Sequence record: SRR20825006_1922
Reading direction: 5' to 3' (one strand)
Length of the DNA: 33,478 nucleotides
How positions within the stretch are numbered: the first letter of the stretch is position 1; the number at the start of each line of letters is the position of its first letter. The notes beneath the pieces were generated by a model. The model did no database searches. It had not been told where the DNA came from and saw only the letters and a program-made list of their open reading frames with translations. Below are positions 28,369-33,478 of the stretch, in pieces. Made by a program: the position numbers and the translations under genes.

Positions 28369-30018
28369 GCCGATCAAAAGCGCGCGTGCGGCGTCACGCG
28401 CGGCTTCGGTGATGGTGTCGCCCGCCAACATCCGCGCCAATTCGTCAATCCGCTCCATGTCGTCCAAAGGCGTGACTTCGGAAAGCGTCATGCCACCTTC
28501 GACCCGTTTGGCCACGCGCCAATGATGCCCGCCCAAAGCGGCCACTTGTGGGCTGTGGGTGACGACCAGGACTTGCCCCTCTGAGGCCAGCGCTTTGAGC
28601 CGCCGTCCGACCGCATCCGCCGTCGCACCACCGACGCCACGGTCAATTTCATCAAAGATCATCGTAACACCGGATTGATCGCGGGTGAGGCAAACTTTGA
28701 GCGCCAAAAGAAAGCGCGACAATTCCCCGCCAGAGGCGATTTTACCGATCGGTCCGGCAGGCGCGCCGGGGTTGGTAGCGACCGTAAAGGCCACGGTATC
28801 ACGGCCCTCCGCGCCGGGCTCGCCCGCTGTGATTTGAGTCCAAAACACCGCGCGTTCCATTTTCAGCGGGGCGAGTTCTTTGGCCATCATCGAGTCCAAC
28901 TCGGCGGCGGCTTTGGTGCGAGCCTCTGTCAGGGTGTGCGCCGCCGCCTCATAGGTGGTTTCGGCCTTCTCTACCGCTTTGGTCAGCGCCACGAGATCGC
29001 CCTCACCACGATCAAGAGCGGCCAGTTTCAGCCGCAGCGCATCGGCAAAGCCGCCGAGATCATCGGCCAAAACTGAATGCTTGCGGGCCAACCCCCGAAT
29101 GGCGAACAACCGCTCTTCGACCTCTTCCAACTCATGCGGATTAAACCGCAGCGCATCGATACAGGATTCGACGCCGGACTGGGCATCGGCCAATTCATTG
29201 AGCGCGCGCCCCAAGGATTCAATCGCGCCCTCAAGCCGCCCTTCGGCCTTTTCCGCCGCCCCCTCAAGCCAACGCAGAGCATCCGCCAACATCCCCTCAC
29301 CGCCATCATAGGACAGGGCTTGATGCGCCTTGGCGACATCAGCCGCGATCTTTTCAGAGGACTGCATCAGGCGACGTTGGGCGTCGAGTTTGGCCTCTTC
29401 TCCGGGCTCTGGATTGAGTTTGTCAAATTCGGCCACGGCATGACGCAGGAACTCTTCTTCGTCCTTGAGCGCGGCTTGCTCTTTGGTCGCTTTGGCCAAG
29501 GCTTTACGCGCCTCATAGAGCGTTTTCCAAGCCTGACGCGAGGCGGAAACCATGGACTCGAGCCCGCCGAAACTGTCCAACAGCGCGCGATGGCCGCGCG
29601 GGTTCAACAACCCGCGATCATCATGTTGGCCATGCAATTCGACCAAGACATCCGACAGGCGGCGCAACACATCGCCCGACACCCGGCGGTCATTGACCCA
29701 TGCGGTTTTGCGCCCGTCGGCGGCATTGACCCGGCGCAGGATCAGCTCGCCATCCTCGGCCTCGATGTCCAGTTCTTTCAGCACATCCTCGGCGTCATGG
29801 CCGCGCGGTAAATCGAACACCGCCGTGACTTCGCCCTGCGCCGCCCCCGCGCGCACCAAATCGGCACGCCCGCGCCACCCCAGCACAAAGCCGAGACTGT
29901 CGAGCAGGATGGATTTGCCCGCGCCGGTTTCGCCGGTCAACACATTGAGACCCGGCTGAAACTCAAGTTCCAGCCGGTCAATGATCAACATGTCCCGGAT
30001 GTCGAGACTTCTTAACAT
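28366..30018 (-). CDS. recN: DNA repair protein RecN
   Basis: LTGETGAGKS, HGQH, IASGGELSR, IFDEID, VTHSPQVA. Confidence 0.97.
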   Translation of the reverse strand: MLRSLDIRDMLIIDRLELEFQPGLNVLTGETGAGKSILLDSLGFVLGWRGRADLVRAGAAQGEVTAVFDLPRGHDAEDVLKELDIEAEDGELILRRVNAADGRKTAWVNDRRVSGDVLRRLSDVLVELHGQHDDRGLLNPRGHRALLDSFGGLESMVSASRQAWKTLYEARKALAKATKEQAALKDEEEFLRHAVAEFDKLNPEPGEEAKLDAQRRLMQSSEKIAADVAKAHQALSYDGGEGMLADALRWLEGAAEKAEGRLEGAIESLGRALNELADAQSGVESCIDALRFNPHELEEVEERLFAIRGLARKHSVLADDLGGFADALRLKLAALDRGEGDLVALTKAVEKAETTYEAAAHTLTEARTKAAAELDSMMAKELAPLKMERAVFWTQITAGEPGAEGRDTVAFTVATNPGAPAGPIGKIASGGELSRFLLALKVCLTRDQSGVTMIFDEIDRGVGGATADAVGRRLKALASEGQVLVVTHSPQVAALGGHHWRVAKRVEGGMTLSEVTPLDDMERIDELARMLAGDTITEAARDAARALLIG

Positions 30019-30037
30019 GAGATGGGCGCTCCGTCCC

Positions 30038-30874
30038 TCAGAGCCATTCGCCGCGGATCATCTGACGATACACCGCGCCGAGCCAGTTGTTCTCAAAGAC
30101 TTTTGGTTCAAGCCCCTGCCCGGTCAGCAATTTGTAACTGTCCTGATACCATTCGGTCGATTGATAATTGTGACCCAAAATCGCCGCCGCGGTTTGTGCC
30201 TCTTCGACAAAACCAAGCGACAGGTAGGATTCGACCAACCGATGCAACGCCTCCGGCGTGTGGCGGGTGGTTTGGAATTGCTCAACCACCACACGGAAGC
30301 GGTTGGCCGCCGCAGTGTAGTGTTTGTGTTTGAGGTAATAGCGCCCGATCTCCATCTCTTTGCCCGCAAGGTGGTCAAAGGCGAGGTCGAATTTCAGAAT
30401 CGCAGAGCGCGCATATTCGCTGTCGGGATAACGTTCGATCACCACACGCAGCGCCTGAAGCGCCTGAAAGGTCAGGCCTTGATCGCGACCGATATCGTCG
30501 ATCTGGTCATAATAGGACAGCGCCAGCAGGTATTGCGCATAGGCGGCGTCCTCGTCGGCGGGATAGAAATCAAGGAAACGTTGGGCGGACACGCGCGCAT
30601 TCTCATAGTCGCGATCCCGGTGATAGGAAAAGGCCTGCATGATCAAAGCGCGTTTGGCCCAATCGGAATAGGGATAAAGGCGCTCGACCTCGCCAAAATA
30701 GAAGGCAGCGTCACCGAAATCCTTTTGGGTGATCTCATATTCTGCGCGTTTGTAGATCTCTTCCGCCGGGTAGCCTTCAAGATCGGTCGTGGGTGGATTG
30801 TCCCCACAGGCCACGAGAAAAGCCATGGAAAGTCCAAGCGTTACACCCAATCCGCGTTTGATACGTGCCGTCAT
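30038..30874 (-). CDS. bamD: Outer membrane protein assembly lipoprotein BamD
   Basis: Lipobox LVAC, TPR-like repeats, RDQG, LAGKEMEIGRYY; lpxC-bamD-recN synteny. Confidence 0.95.
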   Translation of the reverse strand: MTARIKRGLGVTLGLSMAFLVACGDNPPTTDLEGYPAEEIYKRAEYEITQKDFGDAAFYFGEVERLYPYSDWAKRALIMQAFSYHRDRDYENARVSAQRFLDFYPADEDAAYAQYLLALSYYDQIDDIGRDQGLTFQALQALRVVIERYPDSEYARSAILKFDLAFDHLAGKEMEIGRYYLKHKHYTAAANRFRVVVEQFQTTRHTPEALHRLVESYLSLGFVEEAQTAAAILGHNYQSTEWYQDSYKLLTGQGLEPKVFENNWLGAVYRQMIRGEWL

Positions 30875-30939
30875 GAAAGGTCCTACCTACACCAGTCATC
30901 AGCCCCTTAAACCGGGCCGTGACCTCACTCCTAACACAG

Positions 30940-30970
30940 AAAAATCCGGTGCAAAACGTCTTTACACCGG
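30940..30970 (-). terminator. Terminator-like hairpin between lpxC and bamD
   Basis: Minus strand CCGGTGTAAA-gacgt-TTTGCACCGG-ATTTTT. Confidence 0.55.
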
Positions 30971-31129
30971 AAATAACGTCACGGTGTAGAGGCTTTTGTG
31001 TTTTTCCTCGATCGGGGGATTTTGAAATGCTCCGAACCTGTCCCTGAAGCGTGTGGTGTAGGCGCAATCTCGCTCAGATCACAGACATGCCGTCCAACGT
31101 AGGAAGGGCCTAAAACGCTTCGGAAAGGG

Positions 31130-32065
31130 TCAGGCGCAGAACGCCAGATCAGAGCGCGACACGCCCGCCCCTGGAAGACGCGCTGCGGTCGGCGCATCAA
31201 CGGTGACATAGGCCCACGCACCGCGAGTCGCAAAGAGTTCGCGCAGCAACGCGTTGGTCATCGCGTGACCGGATTTTTCACCGACATAGCGCCCCAAAAT
31301 TGGCGCACCCGCGAGGTACAAATCGCCCAAAGCGTCCAGCATTTTATGACGCACAGGTTCATCCGCTCGGCGCAAACCGCCGGGGCTCAACACGTCCTGA
31401 CCATCAACGACAACGGCGTTTTCAAAGGTGCCGCCAAGCGCCAGACCGTTTTGCTGCATATGATCCACATCCGCCTTGCGGCAAAAGGTGCGGCAATTCG
31501 ACAGTTCACGCACAAAGGCGCCATTGGCCATGACCAACCGCTTGTCCTGCACGCCGATGGCTTCGTCCGCGAAATCAATGTGGAAATCAATTTCCAGGGT
31601 CTCTGCCGGCTCAAGACGCGCTTTGGCGGAGCCATTGGTGACCTCAACGGGTTTGAGAATTTTCAGCGCGCGGGTCGGACCCTCCTGGTTGACCAGACCC
31701 ACAGCCAGCAAGCCATCCACAAAAGGAGCGGCAGAGCCATCAACGATCGGCACCTCAGGCCCATCGACAAAGACCGTGGCGTTGGAGATGCCACAACCCG
31801 CAAGCGCAGCCATGATATGTTCGATGGTCGAAACCTCTGCGCCATCTTCGTTGCGGATCAGGGTGCAGAGCTGCGAAGGGACGACATGGTCCCACCGCGC
31901 CGGAATGATCGCACCACGCGGATCAGAGGCGTCGGCGTGAATATCAGAGCGCACAAAGGTGATGCCGGTATTGGCCGGTGCAGGCACGACAACCATACAC
32001 ACAGGCGCACCGGAATGGAGACCCACCCCGTCGAACCGAACTTTTCTTGCTACCGTGGTCTGCAC
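31130..32065 (-). CDS. lpxC: UDP-3-O-acyl-GlcNAc deacetylase
   Basis: GVGLHSG, STIEHIMAAL, EVPIVDGSA, RHKMLDALGDL, SGHAM; probable GTG start at 32065 with GAGG RBS (ATG 32083 is an alternative). Confidence 0.96.
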   Translation of the reverse strand: MQTTVARKVRFDGVGLHSGAPVCMVVVPAPANTGITFVRSDIHADASDPRGAIIPARWDHVVPSQLCTLIRNEDGAEVSTIEHIMAALAGCGISNATVFVDGPEVPIVDGSAAPFVDGLLAVGLVNQEGPTRALKILKPVEVTNGSAKARLEPAETLEIDFHIDFADEAIGVQDKRLVMANGAFVRELSNCRTFCRKADVDHMQQNGLALGGTFENAVVVDGQDVLSPGGLRRADEPVRHKMLDALGDLYLAGAPILGRYVGEKSGHAMTNALLRELFATRGAWAYVTVDAPTAARLPGAGVSRSDLAFCA

Positions 32066-32330
32066 CAGAGGCCTCACATTCATTTTCCCACGCAGATGGC
32101 GTATCTCGCAGGTTATAGTCTTGCCGATCTCGCACTGCGCTCGGCGGGAAGTCCCTCACTTGGCTGCAGATACCGGCGCCTCACACCACCCCGGTGCTTG
32201 GTTTACATCCTCCTAACCAACAATGGGCCATGGCCTCAACTCAATCTTTGTAACGGATTGAAACATGAGCACCCCCTGAAAGGCAGATTTTCGCGCACAT
32301 TCACGCCGCATCGCAGCAAGACACTGTTAT

Positions 32331-32361
32331 AAAAAGAAAAAGGCCGCCAAAAGGCGACCTC
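32331..32361 (-). terminator. Terminator after ftsZ
   Basis: Minus strand AGGTCGCC-tttt-GGCGGCCT-TTTTCTTTTT. Confidence 0.85.
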
Positions 32362-32431
32362 TTACTTTCATGATTTTCTAAAAATGTGACCTGAATGATG
32401 CGCTTATCAGACGCGCGATCACAGATTTATG

Positions 32432-33478
32432 TCAGTTGGCCTGACGACGCAGGAAAGCCGGAATCTCGATCTTTTCCGCTTCGGGATTCGGATCCTGATC
32501 TTCATCATAGGCCTGATGGACCTGCGGGCGGACCTGCGGCTGCGCGCCAAACCGGGCTTGCGGCTGAGCCTGAGGTTGGGGGACCGGACGCGCCTCGGCT
32601 TCTGAACCATGTCCGGTCATGCGACCAATCAGGGAGTTGATGCCAAAGCGGCCGGCTTTGCCCGCGTTCGGATCAGCCTGCGGATGCGGGTCAGCCCGCA
32701 TATCAGCGCGCGGTTGTTTGGCCACAGCGGCTTGCAACCGGGCCAGAGCTTCGGGGGACGGCGTGCCCGCAGAGGGGGCGCGCGGCGCGACAAACGCATC
32801 GGCTTCGGGTTCATACATTGCCGGTTGCGGCGCGGGTTGCGGGCGCGGCTGATAGGCCGGAGCCGGAACATCGTCTTCCATGGCACGGAAATCGGCCTGA
32901 CGCTGCTCATAGCGGGCGTCATGTTGCGGCTCAGCGCGCGCGTTCACTTGCGGGTCGAACACGTCGAGCGTCGGCTGGGCCGGTTCGTCCATGGGCGCAA
33001 CCTGTGCGGCGACAGGTGCCGCAGGAGCCTGTTCGATTTTCTCTTCAACCTCTGCCGGGGCGGCCAGCGGTTCGGCCAGGCGACGACGTGCCACCGGCAT
33101 TTCGCCATAAGATTGATTGGCGTCGATGCCCGTTGCCACAACGGACACGCGCATCATGCCTTCGAGAGTGGAATCCATGGTCGAACCAACGATAATATTG
33201 GCCTCCGGGTCCACCTCTTCGCGGATGCGGTTGGCGGCTTCGTCCAATTCGAACAGGGTCAAATCGTGACCGCCGGTGATGTTGATCAACACGCCTTTTG
33301 CACCGCGCAGGGAAATCTCGTCCAACAACGGGTTGGCAATGGCTTTTTCTGCGGCTTCGATGGCGCGGTTCTCGCCGGACGCTTCGCCCGTGCCCATCAT
33401 CGCCTTGCCCATCTCGTCCATCACCGCGCGCACGTCGGCGAAGTCGAGGTTGATCAGGCCCGGACGGACCATCAGGTC
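32432..33478 (-). CDS. ftsZ: Cell division protein FtsZ, 5' end outside window
   Basis: [20 protein letters not shown], long P/Q/A-rich linker, C-terminal [12 protein letters not shown]. Confidence 0.98.
   Translation of the reverse strand, partial: DLMVRPGLINLDFADVRAVMDEMGKAMMGTGEASGENRAIEAAEKAIANPLLDEISLRGAKGVLINITGGHDLTLFELDEAANRIREEVDPEANIIVGSTMDSTLEGMMRVSVVATGIDANQSYGEMPVARRRLAEPLAAPAEVEEKIEQAPAAPVAAQVAPMDEPAQPTLDVFDPQVNARAEPQHDARYEQRQADFRAMEDDVPAPAYQPRPQPAPQPAMYEPEADAFVAPRAPSAGTPSPEALARLQAAVAKQPRADMRADPHPQADPNAGKAGRFGINSLIGRMTGHGSEAEARPVPQPQAQPQARFGAQPQVRPQVHQAYDEDQDPNPEAEKIEIPAFLRRQAN

Noticed and set aside
30019-30140. LexA (GTTC-N7-GTTC) box for recN
   Set aside because: The nearest GTTC pair is spaced by 13 nt; recN appears co-transcribed with bamD (19-nt gap)
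32202-32217. Weak CtrA-like site TTTA-N7-CTAAC upstream of lpxC
   Set aside because: One mismatch in each half-site; not supportable without conservation data
32480-33110. Pro/Gln/Ala-rich repeats in ftsZ
   Set aside because: Long disordered C-terminal linkers are typical of alphaproteobacterial FtsZ
1-33478. CRISPR arrays, IS elements, integrases, prophage, tRNA/rRNA and defence systems
   Set aside because: No regularly spaced repeats, transposase/integrase motifs, cloverleafs or low-GC islands were visible; intergenic gaps are all short

Overview
GC-rich alphaproteobacterial chromosomal window. Gene content and protein signatures suggest Rhodobacteraceae/Roseobacter-type (inference, not checked against a database). 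It is mostly core genome: ctaD (5' truncated), DUF2244, yqeY, carA, a GT2 glycosyltransferase, GntR, pyrimidine 5'-nucleotidase, UbiH-family hydroxylase, class V aminotransferase, a Hint-domain protein, gatB, two DUF4177-like paralogs, bolA, a J-domain protein, DUF808, fasciclin, cobS, zinT, a secreted hypothetical, FMN reductase, cobT, aminopeptidase P, DUF427, a ClC protein, a D-lactate dehydrogenase-like oxidase, recN, bamD, lpxC and ftsZ (5' truncated). I saw no mobile elements, CRISPR arrays, tRNA or rRNA. The best candidate for an undescribed system is a stand-alone processive glycosyltransferase with an N-terminal tandem MshEN (c-di-GMP-type) motif and NfrB-like features, preceded by a perfect palindromic CtrA box. 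Other signals are a perfect Zur-like palindrome before zinT (which sits between cobS and cobT), an RpoE/ECF11-type promoter before the fasciclin gene, terminator/antiterminator-like folds before bamD, a structured lpxC leader, and a ClC with a non-canonical selectivity filter.
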